Shown here piece by piece: positions 49,051-57,924 of a stretch of 64,000 nucleotides of DNA. Location: contig JBEKFE010000006.1 in NCBI GenBank assembly GCA_050013475.1, positions 30,892 through 94,891 on the forward strand. Reading direction: 5' to 3'. The notes under the pieces were generated by a model. It saw only the letters and a list, made by a program, of their open reading frames with translations. It was not told the DNA's origin and searched no databases. Every line of letters begins with the position of its first letter. The first letter of the stretch is position 1. The translations under genes were made by a program, and so were the position numbers. Source of the DNA: Bacteroidales bacterium (GTDB taxonomy: Bacteria; Bacteroidota; Bacteroidia; Bacteroidales; VadinHA17).

Positions 49051-49136
49051 GGCCACCTTCGCCGCTCCGTCGCTGAAGCTATGGAGCGTAAGCGACAAGG
49101 CTTCGGCGGCTAAAAGAAGTCCGAAGTCGGAAGTAC
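49051..49136. repeat. Nested REP-like palindrome plus heptamer tandem
   Basis: GCCACCTTCGCC-[GCTCCGTCGCTGAAGCTATGGAGC]-..-GGCTTCGGCGGC, then gaagtcc gaagtcg gaagtac. Confidence 0.7.
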
Positions 49137-49137
49137 G

Positions 49138-49554
49138 TTAAAGATATTTCCTGTCCTCGTCGGGGACTTCAAAGTACTTGTTATATCTGCTAGCATCCGG
49201 GCCATCCATCATCTCCACTTTTGTGCCCCTGATCTTGTAGGTGCATTTCTCACCGGCGATACCTGAGAAATAGATATTGTACTCCTTTTTATCGTCATCG
49301 ATCATTATAATACGCACAAGGTGGGGATACTTTGCGCTATTCAGCTGGGAATGACATATAGGGCAGGTATAATTATATTCCTCCCCCTCTTTAATTATAA
49401 AGGAAGGATGGGTAGTTGTTGTGTAATTACCCAGTTCAGGATTAAGATAGACCAATCCTCTGAGGGCGCTGTTAACTTTCTGGGCTGCAAGTATTATAGA
49501 AGTTTTTCCATTAAGTACTCCCCTGCATGCCTTGCATAAATATTCAGTTGCCAT
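49138..49554 (-). CDS. Hypothetical protein with two CxxC motifs (Zn/Fe-binding)
   Basis: YLCKAC...YTCPIC; strong SD AGGAGGTG upstream. Confidence 0.75.
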   Translation of the reverse strand: MATEYLCKACRGVLNGKTSIILAAQKVNSALRGLVYLNPELGNYTTTTHPSFIIKEGEEYNYTCPICHSQLNSAKYPHLVRIIMIDDDKKEYNIYFSGIAGEKCTYKIRGTKVEMMDGPDASRYNKYFEVPDEDRKYL

Positions 49555-49776
49555 AATACACCTCCTGTTTATTAATCATTTGAAAAACATTATCTGCAAC
49601 ATCCATTAAAGGTAAGAAGTATTTTGACCATAATCAACTTTCCGGGAGCTGATCAAAGGTAGCAAATGAAAGCCCGATCCTTTAACCAGGTCCCTAAATT
49701 GTCAGACTGTCATTAAACAAATTTTTGAAAAATATATGTTTTATAAATTCAATAAGTTAGCTTGGTTATTGAATTA

Positions 49777-51522
49777 TCATACTGCGAATAATCCATCTAC
49801 CTGTGCAAGTATCTGCTGGTCGGTGAAATGCCGGCCCTTTATGGCTGATGACGGACATGCTGCCACGCATACACCACAGCTCTTGCAGAGAGCACTTATT
49901 ATATGACTGTGTCTTTTTTCTTCGTCGAATTCAATTGCACTATAGGGGCAAAGCTTGTTACAGAACCGGCATCCGGAACATTGTTCCTCATTTACTTCTG
50001 AATAAACTGCATCGACCTCGATCTTCCCTTTTGCGATTCTTGCGAGTATACGAGCAGCGGCTGCCCTTGCCTGAGCAACAGAATCAGGTATATCCTTTGG
50101 AGCAACACATGTCCCGGCAATAAATATTCCGTCAGTTGTAGTCGCAACAGGTTCAAGCTTCGGATGACTTTCGATGAACCATCCGTCTTTGTCCTGGCTG
50201 ATATTTACAAGTCGGGCAATTTCATTTGAGTCTTCCCGGGCTTCCATTCCTACCATAAGGATCACCATATCTGCCGGGATTTCAATATGTTCACCTGAAA
50301 GCTTTTCATTGACTTCTATAAGCATCTCACAGTCATCTTTCGGACCTGCTTTATGGATCACCGGTCTGTCACCTTTTTCGTACATCAGGAATAGTGTTTT
50401 AGCTTCCGATGATTTGCGATAGAAATCTTCATGCCCTTTCCCGAAAGCATGCATATCTATATAGATATCTGAAATATAGCAATCCGGGTTTGCAGACTTG
50501 ATCTCAGAGGCATATTTTAAAGCGGTCATGCAGCAGACCCGCGAGCAATAGGTGTGAAATTCCTTTGACCGGCTTCCCACGCAGTGGATAATAGCCACAT
50601 ATTTGGGCACTTTTCCTTCCTTTGTTTCAATGCTTCCGGCACGTATCATCTTTTCCAGATCGAAAGAAGTAATGACATTTGGTAGTTTTCCGTATCCATA
50701 GTGGACTATCCTGGATGCATCAAATTCCTTATATCCCGTACACACTACAACATTTCCGATCTTCACATTGACCTTCCTCCCCGGATAATTGAATTTATAG
50801 TCATAGGACTGAATTGTTGCCTTAAAATTGCCTATAAAGCCCGTGACCTCTGTCACTTTTGATTCAAGATAAACAATCACTTTTCTGTTATCCTTGATAC
50901 GCGTTATCTTTTCAGTGATCAGATCCCGGGCGGAATAGAGATAAGGTGCCGTAAGATCAACACGTGCAAGGTTCCCGCCAAGATGGTTATCTTTTTCAAC
51001 CAGATAAACAGTATAGCCTGAATCAGCAAGTTCAAGAGCTGCTGTCATACCGGTAATGCCCCCTCCGATAACAAGTACATTAGGGCACATATCAACCGAC
51101 ATGGTCTCGAGTGACTCATGGAGCTCAACACGGCAAACGGCTGCGCAGACAAGAGCTTTGGCTTTTTCAGTTGCTTCAACCGGATCAGTATGTACCCAGC
51201 TGCATTGTTCGCGTATATTGGCCATTTCGAAAAGATACTGATTCAGGCCAGCTGATCTCAGTGCACTACGAAAAGTCCGCTCATGCATATTTGGGCTGCA
51301 GGCAGCGACAACCACGCGATCAAGCTTATGCTCCTTTATATCCTGGGTGATCATCTCCTGTCCGGGATTGGAGCACATGTATTTATAGCTTTTTGCAAGA
51401 ACAACGTTTGGCAGATTGGAGGCGAATCCGGCAACTGCTTCCACATCGACTGCTTTTGCTATATTAGTTCCGCAACAGCAGATATACACTCCTATTCTGG
51501 GTGATTTTTCTTTGTCAGCCAT
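49777..51522 (-). CDS. hdrA: HdrA paralog with N-terminal Fe-S domain and C-terminal ferredoxin, no inserted ferredoxin (HdrA'')
   Basis: YICCCGTNI..YMCS..AACSP..REQCSWVH; GGGITG; HCVGSR..YCSRVCC; CSGCRFCNKLCP and CKSCGVCVAACP. Confidence 0.92.
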   Translation of the reverse strand: MADKEKSPRIGVYICCCGTNIAKAVDVEAVAGFASNLPNVVLAKSYKYMCSNPGQEMITQDIKEHKLDRVVVAACSPNMHERTFRSALRSAGLNQYLFEMANIREQCSWVHTDPVEATEKAKALVCAAVCRVELHESLETMSVDMCPNVLVIGGGITGMTAALELADSGYTVYLVEKDNHLGGNLARVDLTAPYLYSARDLITEKITRIKDNRKVIVYLESKVTEVTGFIGNFKATIQSYDYKFNYPGRKVNVKIGNVVVCTGYKEFDASRIVHYGYGKLPNVITSFDLEKMIRAGSIETKEGKVPKYVAIIHCVGSRSKEFHTYCSRVCCMTALKYASEIKSANPDCYISDIYIDMHAFGKGHEDFYRKSSEAKTLFLMYEKGDRPVIHKAGPKDDCEMLIEVNEKLSGEHIEIPADMVILMVGMEAREDSNEIARLVNISQDKDGWFIESHPKLEPVATTTDGIFIAGTCVAPKDIPDSVAQARAAAARILARIAKGKIEVDAVYSEVNEEQCSGCRFCNKLCPYSAIEFDEEKRHSHIISALCKSCGVCVAACPSSAIKGRHFTDQQILAQVDGLFAV

Positions 51523-51526
51523 TTCA

Positions 51527-52678
51527 CTATTTCATTTTATATAAGTTTTCCGTTTGTCCCTTTGACATCACGGATTTTTTTATTTCCGCAAAATAGATGG
51601 CGAAAGGCCTGTAGGCAAGGTGTGACCATTTGGAGAATGGTACCTCCACGCAGAGCATCGGAACGAGTACAGCCATATGAATTATGTACATATAATATGT
51701 AGCAACCGGCATGCCTTCGATCCTGAATATATGCAAAAGAATCCCCGAAACGGTTGTCATAAATAAAAGGACGATAAAGATCCAGTCGCTTAAATGTGAA
51801 AATTTGAATATCTGTCCAATTTTCTTAATCCGGCCCCAGCTGAAAAAAACCAGGCCAACGAGTAAACCGAAAGTAGAATAATATCCCAGAAGTCTTTGCG
51901 GTTCATACCAGGAATAGATTTTTTCAGTCTGGAACCATTTCAGATTCCCCACTATAAGTGCGAACATCAAAACATATCCCGACATTAAGATCCAGTGAAA
52001 AAACCAGTAGCTTCTGTCTTTGCATTTACTGAACTGCTTCTGTGTGGCGAAATGAACGATAAGTTGGTACAATTTAGTAACATAAAGACGGAAAGGTATC
52101 TTTAAAGACTTATCCTTCAGGAGTGTCAGATACCACATATGGATAATATTTGCAATAAGGAAGCTGGCAATGGAGATCAGCATGATATGTGCCCCGATAT
52201 TCACTGTCTCGACAGGGAACATCTCGTTTATCTTCACTCCTCCGTCGGGTGTCAGGGAGGTCACAATTCCGTGAGGATTGAAAACAGAGAACAGAAGGGC
52301 AATCAGGACCCCTATAACGAATACTGCAGCAAATTCCCACCAGTGGGAAGTATAAAACTTCCTCGACAATCCTGTCAGGTCATATACTGATGTCAGGTAT
52401 CTCCTTAATATCATCATGGTATCTCCCGGATTAGCCTCCCTTGGGCATAAATCCGAGCAGTCGCCGCAATAATAGCACAACCATGGTTCAAGCGTGGTTT
52501 CCACCTTCTTTTCAAGTCCCATTTGCAGCAGCCGGATGGGTTTACGGGGGAATCTGTAAAACTCGTCGGCATGCGGACAAACGGCAGAACAGTCACCGCA
52601 CTGGTAACATAACTGTATGTTTTCCTTGCCAAAACGATCCAGTGCATTTATGAATCCCGGGTTGACTCTGATTGCCAT
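51527..52678 (-). CDS. QmoC-like protein: HdrC-type 2x[4Fe-4S] domain fused to a heme-b-type transmembrane domain
   Basis: CYQCGDCSAVCP, WLCYYCGDCSDLCP, LRRYL, then TM helices with FFHWILMSGYVLM and IIHMAVL..FSKWSHLAYRP; likely start MAIRVNP. Confidence 0.85.
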   Translation of the reverse strand: MAIRVNPGFINALDRFGKENIQLCYQCGDCSAVCPHADEFYRFPRKPIRLLQMGLEKKVETTLEPWLCYYCGDCSDLCPREANPGDTMMILRRYLTSVYDLTGLSRKFYTSHWWEFAAVFVIGVLIALLFSVFNPHGIVTSLTPDGGVKINEMFPVETVNIGAHIMLISIASFLIANIIHMWYLTLLKDKSLKIPFRLYVTKLYQLIVHFATQKQFSKCKDRSYWFFHWILMSGYVLMFALIVGNLKWFQTEKIYSWYEPQRLLGYYSTFGLLVGLVFFSWGRIKKIGQIFKFSHLSDWIFIVLLFMTTVSGILLHIFRIEGMPVATYYMYIIHMAVLVPMLCVEVPFSKWSHLAYRPFAIYFAEIKKSVMSKGQTENLYKMK

Positions 52679-52688
52679 GGTAAGATTT

Positions 52689-54491
52689 TTATACTGTTTG
52701 AATATTCTTAGCCTTTGCTTCGATCTCACTGAGCGGGATGCTGCTCATATGTCCTATACCTCTCTTTGTTGTGAGGCTTCTGAGCACACCGGCTGCCACC
52801 GCAGATGCCTGGGCCACCGTATCGGGAATATCCTTTGGACCCTGGCACATTCCGGCCACATATATACCCCCTTTTTCAGTATCAGTCGGGCTGCCGTTGT
52901 AATTCAGTTCTGAAAACCATCCGTCAGTATCCTTGCTGATATCCAGCATTTTGACTAATTCATTTGTGCCGGAGGAAGGAATAAGACCAACTGCAAGGAC
53001 AACCATATCAACATTGAATTCAGCTAATCTGTCATTAATGATATCCTCACCCCTGACGACCATTTGACCGTTATTCATGGTAACTTTAGCCGAATGTCCG
53101 CGAATTATTAAAGTCCCTTCCTCCTTGATACGGTCAGCAAATTCCTCATAACCTTTTCCGAAGGCACGCATATCGATGTAAAACTCATAAACTGTGACAT
53201 TTGGGATCTTCTCTTTTATCAGATGTGCAAATTTCAGGGAATACATGCAGCATACCCTTGAGCAATACGAGTTGTATTTTTTATTTCTGGATCCTACGCA
53301 GTGGATAAGGGCAACACTTTTTGGGGGTACACCATCTGGCAAAAAGACCCATTCATCCTTTTCTGTTTTTTTATTAAAACGTTTGGTTTTAGTGACGATC
53401 TTTCCGCCTGTGGTCCCTGATGCATTGGTGAGGCGCTCAAATTCAAGTGAAGTCAGTACATTTGGATACAGGCCATATCCATACTGTTCTATTTTACTGA
53501 CATCCATAAGCTCATATCCTATGGCCAGGATGATGTTTCCCACCTCTATATCGAGAAAATGGTCGGTTTCGTTAAGGTTAATGCATTCCTTGGGACATTT
53601 TTTTACACAGACGCCGCATTTTTTTCCACCAGAAAGGATATAGGTGCATTTTGAAGCATCAACGAGGTAGGCATTCGGAACAGCCTGTGGAAACGGGATA
53701 TAGATCGCTTTTCTCAAAGAAATTCCGGCATCGAATTCACTTTCCACCTTAACCGGGCAAACTTCCACACATTGATTACATGCAACACACGATCTGACAT
53801 CTACAAACCTTGCGCTTTGTTTTATCTTCACATGGTAAGCACCAGGTTTCCCGGTAACGGCCACAACCTTTGATTTGGTCAACAGCTGGATCATCTCATG
53901 CTGTCCAACCGTAACCATTTTAGGAGTCAGGATACAGGCAGCGCAATCCAGTGTCGGGAACGTTTTGTCAAACATGGCCATATGTCCTCCGATCGTTCCT
54001 GTCTGTTCAACCAGATAAACCGGTTTACCTGCGTTTGCTATCTCGAGGGCAGATTGTATTCCGGCTATGCCGCCTCCTATGATAAGAGTCGAGTGATTGA
54101 CCGGATTTCCAACAGGTATAGCAGCTAGCGGAAAAGGAACAGCCATGGTTGCACAGGCTACTATAGCTTTTGCTCGATCCATCGCATTTTCTCCTCTTGC
54201 ACCGTGCTCCATGAAAGAAGCAAGACGTATTTCATCAGTATTGCCTCCCGCCAATGCCATCGCTTTGGTAAAGGCCGGTTTATAATAACCGGGCATATCT
54301 CCTGCGATAACAATCCTTCCCAGGTTATTTGTCCTGATGAGCTCATTAAGGATTTTTACATCAAGACGAGGCTTTACCCCCAGCATCTGGACAATATCAA
54401 CATTCGGAAGATTTGCAGCATATTTTGCAATGGAATCAATATTCAGATCCTTGCTCTGGTCTACCTGACAGAAAAAGACTCCTACTCGCAT
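52689..54491 (-). CDS. hdrA: HdrA paralog with inserted ferredoxin domain, degenerate N-terminal domain and no C-terminal ferredoxin (HdrA')
   Basis: GGGIAG, KTFPTLDCAAC, CVACNQCVEVCP..CGVCVKKCP, HCVGSR..YCSRVCC, GPKDIPDTVAQ. Confidence 0.92.
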   Translation of the reverse strand: MRVGVFFCQVDQSKDLNIDSIAKYAANLPNVDIVQMLGVKPRLDVKILNELIRTNNLGRIVIAGDMPGYYKPAFTKAMALAGGNTDEIRLASFMEHGARGENAMDRAKAIVACATMAVPFPLAAIPVGNPVNHSTLIIGGGIAGIQSALEIANAGKPVYLVEQTGTIGGHMAMFDKTFPTLDCAACILTPKMVTVGQHEMIQLLTKSKVVAVTGKPGAYHVKIKQSARFVDVRSCVACNQCVEVCPVKVESEFDAGISLRKAIYIPFPQAVPNAYLVDASKCTYILSGGKKCGVCVKKCPKECINLNETDHFLDIEVGNIILAIGYELMDVSKIEQYGYGLYPNVLTSLEFERLTNASGTTGGKIVTKTKRFNKKTEKDEWVFLPDGVPPKSVALIHCVGSRNKKYNSYCSRVCCMYSLKFAHLIKEKIPNVTVYEFYIDMRAFGKGYEEFADRIKEEGTLIIRGHSAKVTMNNGQMVVRGEDIINDRLAEFNVDMVVLAVGLIPSSGTNELVKMLDISKDTDGWFSELNYNGSPTDTEKGGIYVAGMCQGPKDIPDTVAQASAVAAGVLRSLTTKRGIGHMSSIPLSEIEAKAKNIQTV

Positions 54492-54542
54492 AATTATCTA
54501 TGATTGATTATCTTATAAATCATCTTTTACGGTCGAAGAATA

Positions 54543-56006
54543 TTAATCTCTTATCACACGCTGCGTCAATTCTCCTCCGGCATCACGAATTTCAAGAATC
54601 ATTGGCATTTCTCCGGGAAGGCTATGAGTAGCACATGAAAAACACGGGTCATATGCCCTGAAAGCCATTTCGATCATATTCAGAGTGCCGGCGGTCACTT
54701 CAACTCCTTTTTTGATCAGACCAGCCGCAGCTTTTTTTATCGACATGCTGATTGCCGCATGATTATTTGTAGTTCCGACGATAAGATTTACTTTGGTAAC
54801 AATTCCTTTGTTGTCGGTGAAATAATGGTGTGTCAGAGTTCCTCTCTGGGCTTCAACGATTCCTACACCTTCACCTGGAATTGACCCTAACTGTGCCCGT
54901 AATTCTTTACCGGTAATCTCATCATCCCGGGCGAGTTCCAGACATCTTTCAGCAGAATATAAAAGCTCCACAAGCCTTGCCCAGTGCATAGCAAGTGTTG
55001 CATGGACTGGTTTGCCTCCAAGTGTGCTGTACATGCGTTCATATTCTTTTTGTGCCAGAGGAGTGGCCATTCCATCAGCTGCATTTAACCTCGATAATGG
55101 TGTGGCCTGGTAAACCCCTGAATTCTGCCCCTCGGTAAATCCTTTCCATCCAATCTTTTTAAGATATGGGAACTTAAGATAACTCCAGGGTTCAACATGT
55201 TCTGCTACATAATTGAGATACTCAGGTGGAGAATATTTGTACAACTCTTTTCCTTCTGTATCCACCACCCTTACTTTTCCATCATAAAAGTTTACCTTAT
55301 TGTTGGAATCAACGAGACCCATTGAATGAAGTTTGAGGGAATATGGACCGTTAAGTATAATATCGACGTACTGTTTATTATCAAGCACGAAATTTTGAAA
55401 AACATTGAGAGAAAACTTTGCGAATTCCACGAACCCCTTTGCTTTTTCGACAACATCATCACGCTCTTTTACGGAAAGTCCTCTTCGTACTCCACCCGGG
55501 ATATTCATTACAACAAAAGTCTGATGTCCACCCAGGAGTGCCTGTATTTCCTGCGCCAGGCGACGTTGTTTAATTACTTCCGTTCCGATTTCCTTTCCAA
55601 CCTTTTCAATTACTCCAAGGATATTTCTTTTAGCAGCTGGAGCATCCGGGCCTAAAACAAAATCCGGTGCAGCCAGTGCATAAAAATTGGCTATATGACT
55701 ATGGATAAAATGTGCCATGTAAAAAAGCTCCCTGAGTTTTTTAGCTGTTGGCGGAGGTTCGACACCAAATACAGCATCAACAGCTTTTCCTGAAGCCATA
55801 TGATGACAACCAGGGCAGACTCCGCATATTTTTGCGACGATTGCTGGGAGTTCTTCAACAGGTCTTCCCTCGCAGAATTTTTCAAAACCTCTCAGTTCCG
55901 GAACCTGAAAATATACATTATCAACTTCTCCGTCATCATTAAGAAAAATTTCTATTTTACCATGACCTTCGAGTCGCGTAATAGGATCAATCGTGATTCT
56001 TTTCAT
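54543..56006 (-). CDS. mvhA: [NiFe]-hydrogenase large subunit, group 3c (MvhA)
   Basis: TRLEGHG, RGFEKF, L1 KICGVCPGCH, L2 AYDPCFSCATH with cleavable C-terminal tail. Confidence 0.95.
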   Translation of the reverse strand: MKRITIDPITRLEGHGKIEIFLNDDGEVDNVYFQVPELRGFEKFCEGRPVEELPAIVAKICGVCPGCHHMASGKAVDAVFGVEPPPTAKKLRELFYMAHFIHSHIANFYALAAPDFVLGPDAPAAKRNILGVIEKVGKEIGTEVIKQRRLAQEIQALLGGHQTFVVMNIPGGVRRGLSVKERDDVVEKAKGFVEFAKFSLNVFQNFVLDNKQYVDIILNGPYSLKLHSMGLVDSNNKVNFYDGKVRVVDTEGKELYKYSPPEYLNYVAEHVEPWSYLKFPYLKKIGWKGFTEGQNSGVYQATPLSRLNAADGMATPLAQKEYERMYSTLGGKPVHATLAMHWARLVELLYSAERCLELARDDEITGKELRAQLGSIPGEGVGIVEAQRGTLTHHYFTDNKGIVTKVNLIVGTTNNHAAISMSIKKAAAGLIKKGVEVTAGTLNMIEMAFRAYDPCFSCATHSLPGEMPMILEIRDAGGELTQRVIRD

Positions 56007-56977
56007 GATAATTTTCTCCTTATTAGTGAGACAGGCAGACTAAATCTGTAGAATAATCCGGCCGGGTCTACAATATCGTCAATTACCCTGTTAATTTCTT
56101 CCGGTTCCTTTTCATCTATTATACTTCCGATTGCTGACATCATTTTGGTTCCGGGATCAGTTACACCGGGTGTAGGTCCGTAGCAGCCACGGCATGGAGC
56201 ATTGCCTTTAATGCATCGATAACCGCATCCCTCCCTGGTCGCAGGTCCCATGCATATGACCCCCTGCTCCATAAAGCAGGTTTCGCCATCATCAGTTATT
56301 TCCCACGGGCGGTAAAACTTTTTTATCTGCTTGTTCTCTGTTTTCTTCCTGATACACTCATCGCATTGAGCCCTTATCCCGGCTCCGATAACGGAACCTT
56401 TTGGCGGAAGTTCATCTCCGCTGACTATTGCAGCAAATACCTCGAGGAACCTTTCTGTCTGAGGAGGACAACCGGGGATGAAATAATCTACCTCAACGGT
56501 TTGTGAGAGGGAACGGACATCATTATAAAAAACAGGTATCTCGAGTACGCCTTCCTTTACTTTATTTTCAGAAAGAGGTCTTGTTTTTTCAGGGTTGATC
56601 GTTGATTCACTTTCTTCATAAACTCTCCGGAATATATCCTCTTTGGTTGAAAAATTGGCCAGTCCCGGAATACCCCCAAGATGCGAGCAACTGCCATAAG
56701 CAACAAGAGTTTTGCTTTTCTTTCTTAAGAGTTTGGCCATATGCTCGTTCTCGCTGTTCCTTACAGCACCGTTAAATAGTGTGAGATCAATATAATTATC
56801 TGGCATTTCTTCGACATCTTTGTATTTGATATCCAGAGCAATAGGCCAGAATACAAAATCGGCAGCCTCTATAACATCAAAAAGCTTCTCGTGTACATCA
56901 AGAACTGATACACAACAACCGCCGCAGGCAGAAGCCCAATAAACGGCAAGTTTAAGTTTTGGCTTTGATCCTTCCAT
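56003..56977 (-). CDS. mvhG: [NiFe]-hydrogenase small subunit (MvhG)
   Basis: ACGGC, YGSC, PGCPP, CDEC, CFMEQGVICMGP..GC..C..NAPCRGCYG. Confidence 0.95.
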   Translation of the reverse strand: MEGSKPKLKLAVYWASACGGCCVSVLDVHEKLFDVIEAADFVFWPIALDIKYKDVEEMPDNYIDLTLFNGAVRNSENEHMAKLLRKKSKTLVAYGSCSHLGGIPGLANFSTKEDIFRRVYEESESTINPEKTRPLSENKVKEGVLEIPVFYNDVRSLSQTVEVDYFIPGCPPQTERFLEVFAAIVSGDELPPKGSVIGAGIRAQCDECIRKKTENKQIKKFYRPWEITDDGETCFMEQGVICMGPATREGCGYRCIKGNAPCRGCYGPTPGVTDPGTKMMSAIGSIIDEKEPEEINRVIDDIVDPAGLFYRFSLPVSLIRRKLS

Positions 56978-56994
56978 GGCACAAAAATTAATAT

Positions 56995-57420
56995 CTATGT
57001 TAAGACATTCAGCGTCTCTTTTATTTTGGATTGTCCCAATTCTGTTATAGTTTCTGTAAAACTATCGATCAACTCAGCGAATTGCTTACCCTCACTGGCG
57101 CTTATCCATTCAAGTTTAAGTCTTTCTGTCTCAATACCCATCTGGGTGATGTATTTCTGCAACAACTCGTACCTCCGGAGACACCTGTAATTGCCCTCCT
57201 GATAATGACAGTCACCCGGGTGACAGCCACAAAGCAGCACACCATCGGCACCATTGGTAAATGCCTTGAGTACAAATGTAGGTTCTATCCGGCCTGAGCA
57301 CATAACCTTGACAATCCTCACATTGGGTTTATACACCATCCGTGATGTACCTGCCAGATCTGCACCGGTGTACGAGCACCATTTGCAGAGAAATGCAATG
57401 ATCCGGGGTTTAAATTCCAT
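56995..57420 (-). CDS. mvhD: Hydrogenase [2Fe-2S] adaptor subunit (MvhD)
   Basis: FLCKWCSY, VMCSGR, GCHPGDCHY, WISASEG. Confidence 0.96.
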   Translation of the reverse strand: MEFKPRIIAFLCKWCSYTGADLAGTSRMVYKPNVRIVKVMCSGRIEPTFVLKAFTNGADGVLLCGCHPGDCHYQEGNYRCLRRYELLQKYITQMGIETERLKLEWISASEGKQFAELIDSFTETITELGQSKIKETLNVLT

Positions 57421-57526
57421 TTTACTGACTCATTTATTTAATGAAAAACATCAACAATAATGACTTTTGTCATAGATCAAAAATTCAATAAAAAGTTAGC
57501 AAACAATTTTTGAAAATATTATGATT

Positions 57527-57544
57527 AAGTGAAGTATTTCACAA
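57527..57544. promoter_or_regulatory. Rex operator upstream of mvhD
   Basis: AAGTGAA-GTAT-TTCACAA vs consensus TTGTGAA-N4-TTCACAA (12/14). Confidence 0.75.
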
Positions 57545-57837
57545 TAAGTAATCTGATAAATCTTTATGGGATGTTATATTTTCAGATAAATAATTGTTTT
57601 CGTATCTGTAATATATTTATTGTGCTGATTGAATTATAGAATAATAAAAAAATGCGTAAGAGATTATATATTAGTATATAAACAACATTAATAAGAAAAA
57701 AATGATCGGGATTTAATAGTCTCGAAAGAGAGTTTATTTTATATTTAAATCAATATGGTCACTAAAAATCATGGCTTTGAAAAAATATTTCAGAAAGAGA
57801 GAAAAAAACGATATAGAATAATGATAATCCTGAAATA

Positions 57838-57855
57838 AAATGAAACTATTCACAA
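57838..57855. promoter_or_regulatory. Rex-type operator
   Basis: AAATGAA-ACTA-TTCACAA (11/14). Confidence 0.6.
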
Positions 57856-57924
57856 TAAATTATAAAAATAAAATCAGGAATTTTCCATAATTATCTTTGC
57901 CTTCTTAACTTTTTAAAGCTGTTT

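Noticed and set aside
49777-57420. Selenocysteine recoding in MvhA/MvhD/HdrA (also considered for the Gpx)
   Set aside because: All positions that can be Sec in homologs are Cys codons, and no in-frame TGA interrupts these ORFs.
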